DNA of 64,000 nucleotides from Acanthaster planci. Taxonomy: Eukaryota. The stretch spans positions 748,671-812,670 of the forward strand of contig NW_019091357.1 of NCBI RefSeq assembly GCF_001949145.1, written 5' to 3'. Below, piece by piece: positions 1 to 12,107 of this stretch. Positions within the stretch are counted from its first letter, which is position 1, and the number at the start of each line of letters is the position of its first letter. A model generated the notes under the pieces. That model was not told where the DNA came from. It saw nothing but the letters and a program-made list of their open reading frames with translations, and made no database searches. A program made the translations under genes and the position numbers.

Positions 1-36
1 TATTTGAATAGCTTGTGAATTGGCTTGAGATTGAAT

Positions 37-135
37 GACTTGTGATGGACTTACAAGAATTTGTGATGGGCTTACAGGGACTTGTAATGAACTTACAGGG
101 ACTTGTGGTGGCTTACAGGGACTTGTAATAGACTC
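37..135. repeat. Degenerate ~21-bp tandem repeat (about 5 copies, unit like GGACTTGTRATGGRCTTACAG)
   Basis: Successive units gacttgtgatggacttacaa / gaatttgtgatgggcttacag / ggacttgtaatgaacttacag / ggacttgtggtggcttacag / ggacttgtaatagactc; explains the repetitive 35..223 ORF. Confidence 0.8.
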
Positions 136-421
136 AAATACAAAACTGATCATTACCAATCCAGTACTCAGGATATATTTGGTGAATGGTTTACCATATG
201 CATTAATCACTCGTTATATTTGAATACCTAATAATGGCATCGTGGAAATAAATGTTGGAAGTGAAAACTTTGCAACTACATGTACATATTCTTGGCACTG
301 TGTTGAGAATCATGGAATTGCTACTTTGCACACTGTATTGCGGTGGAAATAGACGCAGTGTACATTTCGTTTTAGTCAGAGTTTCATCAGGGTTTTTTGG
401 GGGGGGTATTTTTTCTGGCAG

Positions 422-1139
422 AGATCTGAGTGAAGCCTTCCTGGTAAAACCAGCTGCTGACGACGAGAATGAAGGTGAGGAGAATGTGGTGGAGGAACCA
501 ATTTTGAAATCTGAACCCGGTGAGTGTGAAATCTCAGATGAGGAAACAGACGCCAGCTCTGAGATGAGAGTCAAGGAGGAACCCGATTTTGAATACGTAC
601 CTCCAAGCATCGCCAAGGTTGCCACGGAGGTGGCAAGTGAAGTACCAGAAGCCCCACCCAGAACAGAACGCTCCTGCATCAAGAGGACTGCAGAGAACCA
701 TCAAAGCACACCACCCAGTACCTTCACCAATCCTTTCCGTCGTCCAAATAGAAGCCACGAGTTGGACCCCATGGCCAAGAGGCGTCGTACCTTTCCTGCG
801 TTTGAACCACGACTGAGCAGCAACAGCATATCACCCAGGCAGAGCAGATTTGGTAGCATCTTCAACCGGCAGAATCCCTGGGGAGAAGGCAGCAACAGCT
901 TCAGTCGTGAGCCGACCCTGACGTTGGACAGAAACCACGACCCTAATGAGGATGGCGTGGAAGGGATGTCTCCCTACGAAGAAGCTATGTTCCACATGGC
1001 TCAGGCTGAACACAAAGCCAAAATGCTGGTGCTGCAGACCCAGAGAAGGGCAGAGACTGCCAAGGAAGAGGCGTATAAGATGATCTGGCAGAATGCGCAG
1101 TTGCAGCGAGATTTGCTACAGTTACAGTATGAAAACATT
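422..1139 (+). CDS. Large 3' coding exon (partial, runs into gap) of a probable nuclear protein with an acidic disordered region and a C-terminal coiled coil; resembles the tail of Myb/SANT-like (MSANTD/FSBP-type) proteins
   Basis: Acceptor ttttttctggcag ends at 421. The frame stays open to the gap: DLSEAFLVKP...ILKSEP...VKEEP (SUMO-like motifs)...AKRRR (NLS-like)...EEAMFHMAQAEHKAKMLVLQTQRRAETAKEEAYKMIWQNAQLQRDLLQLQ. The family call rests on recalled similarity of this tail only; any DNA-binding domain would lie upstream of the window. Confidence 0.6.
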
Positions 1140-2019
1140 NNNNNNNNNNNNNNNNNNNNNNNNNNNNNNNNNNNNNNNNNNNNNNNNNNNNNNNNNNNNN
1201 NNNNNNNNNNNNNNNNNNNNNNNNNNNNNNNNNNNNNNNNNNNNNNNNNNNNNNNNNNNNNNNNNNNNNNNNNNNNNNNNNNNNNNNNNNNNNNNNNNNN
1301 NNNNNNNNNNNNNNNNNNNNNNNNNNNNNNNNNNNNNNNNNNNNNNNNNNNNNNNNNNNNNNNNNNNNNNNNNNNNNNNNNNNNNNNNNNNNNNNNNNNN
1401 NNNNNNNNNNNNNNNNNNNNNNNNNNNNNNNNNNNNNNNNNNNNNNNNNNNNNNNNNNNNNNNNNNNNNNNNNNNNNNNNNNNNNNNNNNNNNNNNNNNN
1501 NNNNNNNNNNNNNNNNNNNNNNNNNNNNNNNNNNNNNNNNNNNNNNNNNNNNNNNNNNNNNNNNNNNNNNNNNNNNNNNNNNNNNNNNNNNNNNNNNNNN
1601 NNNNNNNNNNNNNNNNNNNNNNNNNNNNNNNNNNNNNNNNNNNNNNNNNNNNNNNNNNNNNNNNNNNNNNNNNNNNNNNNNNNNNNNNNNNNNNNNNNNN
1701 NNNNNNNNNNNNNNNNNNNNNNNNNNNNNNNNNNNNNNNNNNNNNNNNNNNNNNNNNNNNNNNNNNNNNNNNNNNNNNNNNNNNNNNNNNNNNNNNNNNN
1801 NNNNNNNNNNNNNNNNNNNNNNNNNNNNNNNNNNNNNNNNNNNNNNNNNNNNNNNNNNNNNNNNNNNNNNNNNNNNNNNNNNNNNNNNNNNNNNNNNNNN
1901 NNNNNNNNNNNNNNNNNNNNNNNNNNNNNNNNNNNNNNNNNNNNNNNNNNNNNNNNNNNNNNNNNNNNNNNNNNNNNNNNNNNNNNNNNNNNNNNNNNNN
2001 NNNNNNNNNNNNNNNNNNN
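1140..2019. other. Assembly gap (N run)
   Basis: 880 N bases. Confidence 1.
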
Positions 2020-3052
2020 CCCATTCCTGATCCCAGAAGTCTTGGGACTGTACTTTTCAAAAAAAAATCTTCATTTATTTCAGGACAGTCTCTGTATATT
2101 GTAGAGTTAGTGTAGTTTTAATTATAATCTTAGTTGTCATTCCATTATGGTAGGAGATAATTGAAAAAATGCCACCTGTTTAAGTATTTGGTTCTGCTTA
2201 ATATAGGAAATAGTATCAATTAAGGCAGGGTTTAAGCCTGAAAGAGGCAGGGTTTTTGGACCAGTGCATAGCAAGGCTTCCCAGTGCCTGATCTTTTTCA
2301 AACTTGGCATGCTCGTAAAAACACTCATTTATCAGTGCAACTGTACAGTTTCATTTGAATTTGACTCAAGGTTTTGTTATGGCCATTTGAAGTTGTTGTA
2401 AGACATTGATTTAACAACTCCTGAAGGAGTGGCACCCCCAAGAATTGTGCCATGATGACACTGGAATTTTGATCTGCCCTGGCTCATTGACAGTTGAGAT
2501 GGAGGAAGGCAAAGGGCACGTTTGCCTGATAATGTGGTACATGGACCTAGTCAGTTTGGGAAAATAATGTACCCTCAAACTGGCCCTCATCTGTGTGACT
2601 GGTCGATTTTTAAATATTCCTCTGCTAAACATTTGCTTAATGGAGACGGCCAACATCAGTGGACAAGAGTACGGTAAAATAAATTTCTTCAGTTGACTTT
2701 TTTATAATCACATAACATTTGTTTCAATTTTCAATGAAATTTTATCTTTTTTATTCCACTTTATGATTCAGATTTGACCTTGCATCGTTAATGTGGCTGA
2801 GGCTGCAGGTATATTATTTTGTGAGTTTGCATTTCTGTTTTTGTTCGTTCCTGAGAAATAATTGGTCGCTTTTGTTTCACAGTACCAGCTTTGGATTTCA
2901 TGTTTTCTTGTTACATATTAATCCTGCAGTATGAATGAACAGTTTTTGCAAGATTTAGCCTCAATTAAACACAACCCAGTTTAAATATTTCATCTGTCTT
3001 CTTCCTTTATTGCTGTGAAGATTCATTTTGTTGCTGTTGTGTCTTTTTGTAC

Positions 3053-3058
3053 AATAAA
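3053..3058 (+). promoter_or_regulatory. Candidate polyadenylation signal for the first gene
   Basis: AATAAA at the end of a T-rich, 3'UTR-like stretch (2020-3060), followed by T-rich sequence. Confidence 0.4.
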
Positions 3059-3676
3059 CACATGAATGAAAATTGAGTTTCTTGACCAAAATCTCTTTAA
3101 TTTATCCTTTTAATTTGTGATTTTTAAAAAAGAATTTAATGTGCTTTCATTTACCGTCCAAACCATGGAGAACTGAAGCCCATGGCAGTTGGTAAAGTTT
3201 GTTTCTTCAGCTTTTTGTTGCCCAAACTAGTTCCATAATTTTGTGATGTTCGTTCTAAGAAACTAATGAAATAGCACTTTGAGACTACAGTGCTGGTGTA
3301 CTGCATATTCATGATTAAACTTCAGCATCTATATTCATGACCTCCCCCTCCCCCCATCAGTCTACTATACATTATTCATGAGCTCCTCATGCCAGCTGCC
3401 TACCAAGCTCTGATGTACGTGAACACATGTCTATATAGTGGTGTTATGTACAGTACACTATGTACATGTACTGTACATGTTTTGCACTGGCAATGATGAT
3501 TTACACCATACTGCTATGTGTGCATGTAGATGCATAATGCACAATACATGTACTGTACCCAGTATGAATAATAAATATAAGCCAGCATTGTACATGCACA
3601 TGTATGACCAGCCTGCATTGAAGGTTTCACTGGGAGTGTGTTTGCCTTTTGTGTTTCCACTTGTAAATCTTTTAGC

Positions 3677-3784
3677 ATACCATGCTTGCATCATGCTTGA
3701 ATACAACTCCCTTTATGCTGTACTGACCGGATACCATGCTTGCATCATGCTTGAATACAACTCCCTTTATGCTGTACTGACCGG
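3677..3784. repeat. Exact 54-bp tandem duplication
   Basis: ataccatgcttgcatcatgcttgaatacaactccctttatgctgtactgaccgg at 3677-3730 and 3731-3784. Confidence 0.95.
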
Positions 3785-4549
3785 AATAAAAGGGTTTAAG
3801 AATTGTCTCTCTCCTGGTTGGCAGCAAGAGCGAGTTGTTAGGAGACATTACATTACAAGAGAAAAATGTTATTTTACCTTAGATCTTAATCAGTTTGTAG
3901 AAATATACCTGTACCTTAATATGCAATTATCTTATAATACTAAGTTAGTTAGCTTCTATTGTCGATGCATGCATAAGATCTTGTTCATCATGTCTACATA
4001 ACAATAAGCCCATGGCCATTTAGTGGTTCACTGATCAAGCAAAGGATAATTAGGTAATCCGGGCAATACATGTTGGCCTACTCTTCAGGCATTTTAAGCT
4101 CTTGTACTTCACTCTACAAATTCACCGTGCACAATATTGAGAAGCTTGCTCTCTTGTCAGCAAACACAGCAAACGGTCATTTGGCTGATTGAAAGGCAGA
4201 GTACAGATGTATTTATAACGGCGGTGGCTTTCGAGGAGGTTTTTTTGTTAGTAAAATGAGCTTTGGAGCATTCTATGTGTGAACCCTGTCTGCTCTCAGT
4301 GCTCTGCATTGCCTGTCTGGCCATACCAGTACAAACAAGCTCAGAGTGCAACCAAGTGTCACATTTTGGTCATGCTGTGTATAGCAGAGAATATATTCCA
4401 GGGAGGTCACGGCTTATATGTGGCAACCATCATTCACCGATACATTCCAGCTACAAACAGTAAGACCTGTTCCAGTTCATAGGCATGCCTCGTCAGTCCA
4501 ACATCGTTGAGAAGAGAGCTGGGTAGTGCCAAGTGCTTGTGAATAGTGG

Positions 4550-4720
4550 ACTAGTGAGTCCCATTGTTGGATGACTTGGTAGGGGAATGAGTTTGACCTA
4601 TCAACCATGGTGTTCACCTGTGTATTGTTTTCACCGTGGTGAGAGTATGCATCACCAGACATGGTGTGTAACTGATGAAAACACTTGAGACTTGGAATAT
4701 TGATTTTGTTCAGGATGTGC
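4550..4720 (-). mobile_element. Possible highly decayed CR1/L2-type LINE ORF2 3' remnant
   Basis: Minus-strand translation ILNKINIPSLK...SNSFPYQVIQQWDSL resembles the L..L.W.SL and NSF..R.I..WNSLP motifs at the end of CR1/L2 ORF2; weak. Confidence 0.3.
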
Positions 4721-5054
4721 TACTGCAGGTGCATGTGCCTTGGAGTCAGCATCCCCTGACTTAAACTACTGCCATGACTGCAACCAGGCTTTAATGCACA
4801 ATTCTCCGATACCGGAATTGCAGGTGAATGTGATGCACTTGATGAATTGTGCTGTATTGTAGAATGACACGTCTGGATATTAAGTGAATTGGACTCGACT
4901 GAGCTGGAAAGGTGCAAAGTGTGTGTGGGCCGATCACCCATATCATCTGTTTTATGAGGTGCACTGTAGGCCTACATTTTTTAGTCATGGTCAGTAGGGA
5001 CATTGTCTGAATGGTAAACCAATTGTTGACGTTAATATAGAAATGATCAGGCTT

Positions 5055-5068
5055 GTTGCTCATGGGAC
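5055..5068 (+). promoter_or_regulatory. RFX X-box-like motif about 105 bp upstream of the C8orf89-like start codon
   Basis: GTTGCTCATGGGAC, compared with the X-box consensus GTTGCCATGGCAAC. Confidence 0.35.
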
Positions 5069-5172
5069 GCTGAATTAACTTGTGAAGTCCTTCAGGTAAA
5101 CTCCAAACTCACGATGCCCGAACGCTTTACGACGAGGATGGTATTTGTTGAAGCATCGATTGCTTCGCCAGT

Positions 5173-5276
5173 ATGACTCTTAAGTTACCAATGATAAAAC
5201 AACAGTGGTGTCTAGAAGCTATTGACACCCAGTACAAGGAATCGTTACACCGAGACAGGCAGAAGAATAAAAAGAG
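5173..5276 (+). CDS. C8orf89-like gene, coding exon 1 (MTLKLPMIKQQWCLEAIDTQYKESLHRDRQKNKK)
   Basis: ATG at 5173, open frame to donor AG|GTATGT at 5277; phase 2 matches the next exon (AG+T = Ser). Confidence 0.6.
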
Positions 5277-5704
5277 GTATGTTTTTGTTGAAGCAGAAAC
5301 GTACATGTAGGAATTGTTTCTTGATTATGGCAATTTGTTCTTAACGTTGCAAATCTTTAAATGTTTATGAAGTCAGTTACACGTACACTAGTTGTGGTAA
5401 AAATAAAAATTGTTCATTTCGGTGTTATGCTATAAATTCTTGTTGGAGCACTTCTAAATACTTCTCTGTTGTTGCAAGGTGTTTCTTAAGATTGGATTCA
5501 TAATGCCTTTCTCCAAGAAATATCTGTAGCAAATTGATTTCTATTTTGTGTGAATGTGAAGATGATTTTTATCATTGAAATAATCAGACTTGAAAACACA
5601 AGGTTCATATCGTTGTAAAATGATTTCTTGATGCCAGTGTCAATTTTCAATTAATGCATCTTAAGTTTCATTTATGATTGGTTGACAAATGCATTCTGCA
5701 TGAT

Positions 5705-5718
5705 GTTGCCATGGTGAT
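5705..5718 (+). promoter_or_regulatory. RFX X-box-like motif in intron 1 of the C8orf89-like gene
   Basis: GTTGCCATGGTGAT, a close match to GTTGCCATGGYRAC. Confidence 0.45.
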
Positions 5719-7208
5719 GTTAATTACTATTTACTGTAGGTTTGTCTGGTGAGCGATAACCACTCACCTATCCATGAACAGTGTTGAAAGCACCCAAGGT
5801 TTGTTTACAACACTTTGGTATTTGAACAGGGCAAATATTGATACATCAAACAAGACTGTGCTAGCTGAGTAAACACAAGGGCATTGTGGGATTGGAAGCT
5901 ACATACATGTTTGCTGAATGCGAGCAGCCATTTTTGCCTCTGTTAGTTATATGTCCCGTTATCAGCTGAAGGGGCACTTTGATGTTCATCACACCTAATT
6001 CTTGGAGACAATTTTGTACATGTACAGTGGGACTATGCTGTCACTGTCTGACAGAAGTATAGTTTTGCATATACAACCTGCACTGGGTGTACATGAAACA
6101 GCGGGCAACTTTACAGGCCGATCAGCTTGACAACTGTCTGAAAATAGAGGTCTGATTTAACATGATCAAATCCAGGTAATGCATGGATTTGTTTGGGGGG
6201 GAGGATATATTTGTTAATTTTATGACCTTCTGTCTTTAAACTCTAACCCAGTCCCAGGTCTTCAAATTCTTCCCAGGGATTTTAGAGGATTTTGTCAAAT
6301 GAGGTACAGTCAACTGTAATTGGGCTAGATACTCTTAAATTTGAATGTTGAAACTTGAAAGACAAGGAATGTGCCATTTGATTTTCCTGCGCAGCAGAGG
6401 AATGTAAGGATTCAGGAAGAAAAGCCAAAAATATCTTGGGAGTGAGGGCTGAAATGTGCACTTATTCCAAGGGTCAGGTGTCGTGGGTGAATTACTTGTG
6501 GGAATGTCCCAGCTGCCAAACCAAGTAATAAGGGAATGTTGATCAGAGAATCAATTAATCTACCAGTAGCTCTGTATCTTGGCCAGTTAACAACCAATAA
6601 AATGATTGAAGAATTGGATTGATAAGTACCCCGTTATACCATTTCACTGACCGCGGGTTGACATAAAATAAACACTCAAATGGTCTATCTTTCAATTGAA
6701 ACATTCATCAAAATTTGTGACGTGATAGTTACTGGAAGTGAAAAATGGAATGCGCTTTATACCATGACCTCAGTCTCTGAAAATTTTAATTTGAACAGTT
6801 TTTTCATCCTGCTGCTTTTCCCCCAGAATCGCGGACCTTCGCCCCCCCCCTCCGGAATTTTGTTGTAAGATTGCCTCTTTCCTTCCTTTCTTTTAGTTCA
6901 GTAACCATAAGTGATTGTATTTTCATACTGACTTCCACAAATCATTAAATTTTGCTTATCTTTTGCATCTTGCTTAAGAATTTCCATTACCTTGTCAGAT
7001 GGAGTTAGTGCCCTTCTTCAAGCCTCTTCCAATTTACCTCTGCCTGTTCACGTGCCACTTTGAGGATGCCCCGGCTTCGTTTCTACCCAGCAAGGCTTAC
7101 TTGTCACAAACGATGAGAAAGGATGAGAGGCCACCTGCTGAAGAACTGGAGATAGATATTGTCCGTTGAAAAATCATAACTCAAAAGTCTCTTCAATTTG
7201 TATTTCAG

Positions 7209-7366
7209 TTCTTCCAACTCGCCCTACACGGGACAAGACTTGAATGCCAGTGGCGGCTACAACTCCAGCCAACAACCAGCTGAATCTAGCAGTAAACACC
7301 AGTCAACAGAGAGCTACCGGTCCCTTGAGAGGAGGCTAGAAAGGGAACGAGAGAAGAGAACTCAAG
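7209..7366 (+). CDS. C8orf89-like gene, coding exon 2
   Basis: Acceptor ttgtatttcag, donor G|GTGAAA; encodes SSNSPYTGQDLNASGGYNSSQQPAESSSKHQSTESYRSLERRLEREREKRTQ; phase 2 in, phase 1 out. Confidence 0.7.
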
Positions 7367-7772
7367 GTGAAACGCTGACAAATAAAGTGGATACCAAAGG
7401 TATGGGTGAATATAGCAGAATTAAGAATGGTATCGGGAAATTACCAAATTACATGTATGAGCTGGCAGATTATAATTTCTTGACACCTCAGGATTTCCTC
7501 TTAAAGAACTTAACATTTTCAGTATGTTGTCAAAATGTTGAATCCAATCTGCTCATTTTGTGCTTGTTTGTGTGCTGCATGTGCCTGAACTCTTACATTA
7601 TACAGTATGACAAAAATGACGTCTTTTCTTGAAAAATATGTTGCTTATGTGTTATGATCATTAGATCTGGCACAATAAGCCTTTTGCGAGTTAACTTTGA
7701 CCCAAATCTGGTACACTGAGTTCTTTAAATTCAGGTGAACATAGCAACTTGAATTCTCCTTACTAAAACAAC

Positions 7773-7929
7773 TGTTGCTTATACCTCGTGATTCGGGGCA
7801 AGCTTTTGCTTAGTTAATGTACATAAGAGATTCCTTGCAACATACAGGAGGGGCATAAAGGAACCAGTCCATTCCAGAGATGGTGGTCGCTATGCGAAAG
7901 CTTGCCCTGAATCATGAGGTACAGCAACA
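7773..7929. mobile_element. Palindromic MITE-like element in an intron
   Basis: tacctcgtgattcggggcaagcttttgcttag (7782-7813) matches the reverse complement of 7890-7921 at 28/32; the arms extend to tgttgct / agcaaca. Confidence 0.7.
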
Positions 7930-8609
7930 CTGTCTTTAGTCTGGGGAATTCAAATCCTTATGTTTATGTGCAGTCAGATAACTCAGTGCACCAGATTTTA
8001 TTCAAATTTAACTCGCAAATGGCTTATGTACCTTTTATTACACTTCAAATGTCTAATAAAAGATGAGGAAGTAACCGTGTACATGTATTTACGATTTACC
8101 ATGGTAGGATTTGAACCAGTAACCTTTACAGTGCTACTTCCTTCCTCACTGACAATCTTGTACGTATTTGTTGTGGATATGTATCATTGTTGTCATGCAA
8201 ATACTTACGAGTTCATTAGAAACAACACCTGTCAGGAGCAGGTTGTCAAGACTCATTTCCGTCTGGATCGTGTTCACCCCTCCGCTCTCTCTTCAAGCCA
8301 CTGTGTGGATCAATAACTGGTCATATTTTTGTCCTGTTGACTGTCATTGTCCTTAGCGGTAGATGTTGATACTTGGTATCTTGAGAATTAAGGATGATTT
8401 GGAATCCTGCAGACTTCTTGTTGTACAGGCTCACACAATTATTTTTAAAATTTCACCAGCTTGTTTATTACATGGATGAAGAAACATGGATGCTGCACAC
8501 GTTATAACCACATGTACATTGTAAAAGCCTCTTATGACCAAAGAGAAAGTTACATTTGAGATAACAGATTTTCAAGTTTGCTTGACCGGCAGTTTATTTT
8601 CCTGGACAG

Positions 8610-8711
8610 GTCTAACGTTTCGCAAACTGGGTCTTCATGCCCCACCTGCCACCTCTACACACCCATCACCTCGTTTTCTAAGTCCAATCAGACATAGTCC
8701 CATATCCTCAG
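8610..8711 (+). CDS. C8orf89-like gene, symmetric (phase 1-1) 102-bp exon 3, possibly a cassette exon
   Basis: Acceptor tttattttcctggacag, donor CAG|GTATAA; encodes GLTFRKLGLHAPPATSTHPSPRFLSPIRHSPISS in frame with both neighbouring exons. Confidence 0.5.
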
Positions 8712-9396
8712 GTATAACCATCACACATTGAAACACAAGTCTCACACACTACCAGTTTTAGCACTTTTCAACGAGTTTGCCGTTCGATTGGTGTGGTTCA
8801 TAACCATTTTGCTGTGATTTGTACACATTTTGATCATTGTTCTATTTTTTTCATTTTGCCTTATGTCTGTATTTCTTTTTAGAATTGGTAGGCATCGTTA
8901 ACCCTCCCCCTAGTATAGACCATTGACTTTACATGCTAAAGTAGGGAATCTTGAAGTTTTTGGACATGTTTAGCAGAGCTTGTTCGCAGGTGAAAGTTTT
9001 TCAAGTTGGGCCTTGTTCTTTGTGAGTAGGGTCAGAAAGCTGCAGCTTCATGCACATGTGCTGTGAAATTTGCCGCCCCCCATCCACTTACTTTTTGCAA
9101 AGTGGAAACTGTAGCAGTTGTCAGAAACAGGACTTGTTCTTACGTGAGCGATGTCTGCAATACTATCCTGCTCCATTTATCACACATTCAAATTGTTGAC
9201 GTGACTCATTTGCACACCGTGTGAAAAATATTTCAGTGATTTCAATGCACATTTTGAATGTCATGTAGGTTTCAGGAGGGATTAAAAAATACAGCATCAC
9301 TTCAGCTCGACAGCTTACCCTTGCCATCTGCCTTCATATTGTTGTGGTCAGTTTTAACGTACATGTACGTCATTCGTTCCCTGATAGTCTTGCCAG

Positions 9397-9708
9397 AGGA
9401 ATCTAGTCCTCCTGCCATGGACACGCGTCGGAATGGCTTCCGTCTGGCCAGCCACGTTAAGAGCCCTACGGCTAGTCGCAGTGTGGACCCCAGCACGGCT
9501 AGCAGTGGGTCCTACCGAACTATGTCCAACCGAGACGCCCTGTCCAGCATGGGAAGCCTGACTGTGGCTTCCACACCCTCCTCGGCTGCCCTCCGGGGCC
9601 ACAGCATTGGCTTTGGTAGCCGGGATATGAGCGTCAGATCGCCCACGCAGCGTAGTAGAACAAAGGGTAGCATGATCATGCCCATGACAGTCAACGACAA
9701 ATTGAAGA
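9397..9708 (+). CDS. C8orf89-like gene, coding exon 4 (Ser/Arg-rich)
   Basis: Acceptor tcttgccag, donor A|GTAAGT; GC-rich open frame EESSPPAMDTRRNGFRLASHVKSP...MTVNDKLK. Confidence 0.75.
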
Positions 9709-9886
9709 GTAAGTCATCTGATTTGCTAATTAAAAATTAAAAAACAATAGATCTTGCATGTATCTTGTCAAGCACTGAAAAACTCAAGTTTTCCGCCTGG
9801 ATCCCGAAGAAGTTCAGTGCTGTGATTTATAAATCCTCATTTTAAATTCTTGTAATTAATATTAGTTTTTGGTTCTTCCACACCAG

Positions 9887-10035
9887 ATAATCGCTACCAG
9901 TTTGTGGACCCAGTTCCTAGTGCCTCTCCTTCCTTTCAGCAAAGACTTTCAGAAATAGCTGCCTTGGAAAGTGACACTATACGATACGAAAGAACTAAGA
10001 GAATAAAAAAGCGATCCAAGCAAGAAAGCCAATGA
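9887..10035 (+). CDS. C8orf89-like gene, last coding exon with the conserved C-terminal motif
   Basis: Acceptor ttcttccacaccag; encodes NRYQFVDPVPSASPSFQQRLSEIAALESDTIRYERTKRIKKRSKQESQ*. DP..A...F..RLS.IA.LE.DTIR.E..K..KK resembles the vertebrate C8orf89 C-terminus as I recall it. The spliced CDS totals 825 nt (274 aa). AATAAA at 10311. Confidence 0.75.
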
Positions 10036-11701
10036 GACACGTGGACCTCTCTGAAAGACTGCCGTACTGAAATCATTTCTGCCTGCTTGATTTAGCAAAG
10101 AAAGAAATGCCCGAAGTTTAATGTGTTACAAGCACCGCGTCAGCATTTTCAGCGTTTTTCCAGCAAGAGTGCCTTCTGCCTTCTACAAGAGCATTGTTGT
10201 AGCTTCGAGACCACAAATATGATTCTTTCATCAAGAATGGAGGACTGCGTCTCTTTAGAAGACTAAAATGGACTCCAAATTCTTTGGCCACAGATCTGGT
10301 GTATAAAGAGAATAAAATTTAAAAAATTGTGAGAACTTATGTCGGCAAAGTTATTCAATGTTTGGAATCTTTCCCTTTTTTTGCGTTCTGTGATGCCCAC
10401 CATGTGCGTGTTGAATCAAGATTGTGTGTTCCTCAGTGTAACTGACATGTTCACCATGCACACAGAACCCACTTCAAGCAAGTGAATTCTGAGAAATGTG
10501 CCACCTGCACCACATTTTTCCAATCACATTCTTGCAAATTCAGTCACATGTAGTTCATAATGTTGAAGATTTCATAATTAAATTGAAATATAACTCTGAA
10601 ATGACATTTTGCTGCAGTTGTTTTGTGAATGATTGTTCCAGCATTGTGGAAAATGTTCATAAGTAAACTATCATTCACCTGTGGTCAGTTGAAACAATTT
10701 TCCTATTAATGCTGATGGGGATACAGGGAGATTCAGCCAGCCCAGTGGTACAGCGCCCTCACTTGGCCAAGTTTGTGCCAGGCTCTGCTGAAGTCAAGGA
10801 AGGCCAATTTCCCTGGATGAGAATTGCCAGGGAAGGCCCTTGGCGTTGTATAAATGTGTTTCCTCAATTAACCCGGATTATGAGTCATTGTTATATTGAG
10901 GTCGAAACAGTCTGTCCAAGATTAACGTCACATTGAACGGGCGTCAGACTTGTTTGTTACCCGATGAGCTCATTCACTGAGGTCATACATCTTTCATTAG
11001 TGTTATCAAGGGTGGGGGTGATAATGGTCTAACCCCCCCCCCCCGGCAGGTGCAGTTTGTCATGGTCTTAGCAGAGAGGGGTGGGTATCCCTCTAACACC
11101 CCCCCAGCCTGAGAAATACTCTGTGAGAACTGAATATCCCTGTCAATTCCTTATTTATTTTGAGCTTGAAATTGCATGTGTAAGACCGTATGGTTCACCT
11201 TCAGGAGTTGGAAGGTACTTGTAGCTTCTGCAACAAAAGCATTCTGCACTAGATTCTAATAGTCTGTGTTCTCGTCCAAGCACGTTATCTTACCATGCAG
11301 CTGTGTTGGTGGTTGATGTTGGTCATCATCAGGGTCTTTCTAGTCACTCCTGTTCAGGTCCAAACTCTTGCCAGTTGAATGGTTTGTGTGCTAGCAAGCA
11401 TGTTATTAACAGAAGACCCATCCATCTTCTGTTAACTGATGATATGTATAATATTAAGTTGTAAAGTATTGCTTGTGAGAACTCTACCAGTAAACTTGAT
11501 GAGGAGAGCGAAAAACGGTAGACCGAAGGGTTTAGTTTAGTCATATTAATGCATCGGATTAAAATAATTTTGTTATATTGGTGTTATGCCGTTCATCCCT
11601 TCAAGCATGTTCATGATGCAGGTATGTCAGCAATCAGGACAGTATAGTATCTTACTCGCTGTATAATACCTCTTATGAAAAGCAATCGGACAGAATCTTA
11701 C

Positions 11702-12107
11702 GTGACTGGTCTATTTGTGATTGACCTCTTTTTTGATAGCCTCTCTGTGATTGGCCAGTTTTTGAAAGGCCCACCTGTTTGTGAAAGTCCTCTCTGTGAT
11801 TGGCGTCTCTGTGATTGTCGTCTCTGTGATTGGCCTGTTAGTTGTTCGTTCTTCTGTGACTGGCCAGTTTGTGATTGGCATCTCTTTGGTTGGCCTATTT
11901 GTGACTTACCTCTGTGATTGGCCTTTCTGTGACTGGCATCTCAGTAATTGGCCCATTTAAATTTGTGTCTTGCTTTTCTGCTATTGGTCTCTTTGTAATT
12001 GGCAGGTCTTTGATTGGCCAGTTTCTAATCCGCCTCTCTGTAATTGGCCTGTTTCCGATCGGCCTCTCTGTAATTGGCCTGTTTCTCTTTTTTGGCCTTT
12101 CTGTGAT
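11702..12107. repeat. Degenerate minisatellite of ~15-20-bp units (CTCTGTGATTGGCC-like), roughly 20 copies
   Basis: Recurrent tctgtgattggc / tgtaattggcc / tgtgactggc units; source of the repetitive ORFs at 11675-12323. Confidence 0.85.

Noticed and set aside
252..2115. Long ORFs of 592, 340 and 312 aa (and the similar ones at 47960-48403)
   Set aside because: Their length comes from translating through N gaps; only 422-1139 looks coding.
3438..4001. 187-aa ORF
   Set aside because: Low-complexity TACATG-rich sequence lengthened by the 54-bp duplication; no protein-like features.
5740..5800. Extra coding exon of the C8orf89-like gene after ttactgtag (and another after cttgtcag at 6998)
   Set aside because: In the phase required by exon 1, both hit stop codons within a few codons.
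11702..12107. Repeat array as a CRISPR-like locus or repetitive protein
   Set aside because: Units are short and degenerate, with no fixed-length unique spacers or cas genes; the context is eukaryotic and the ORFs are repeat artefacts.
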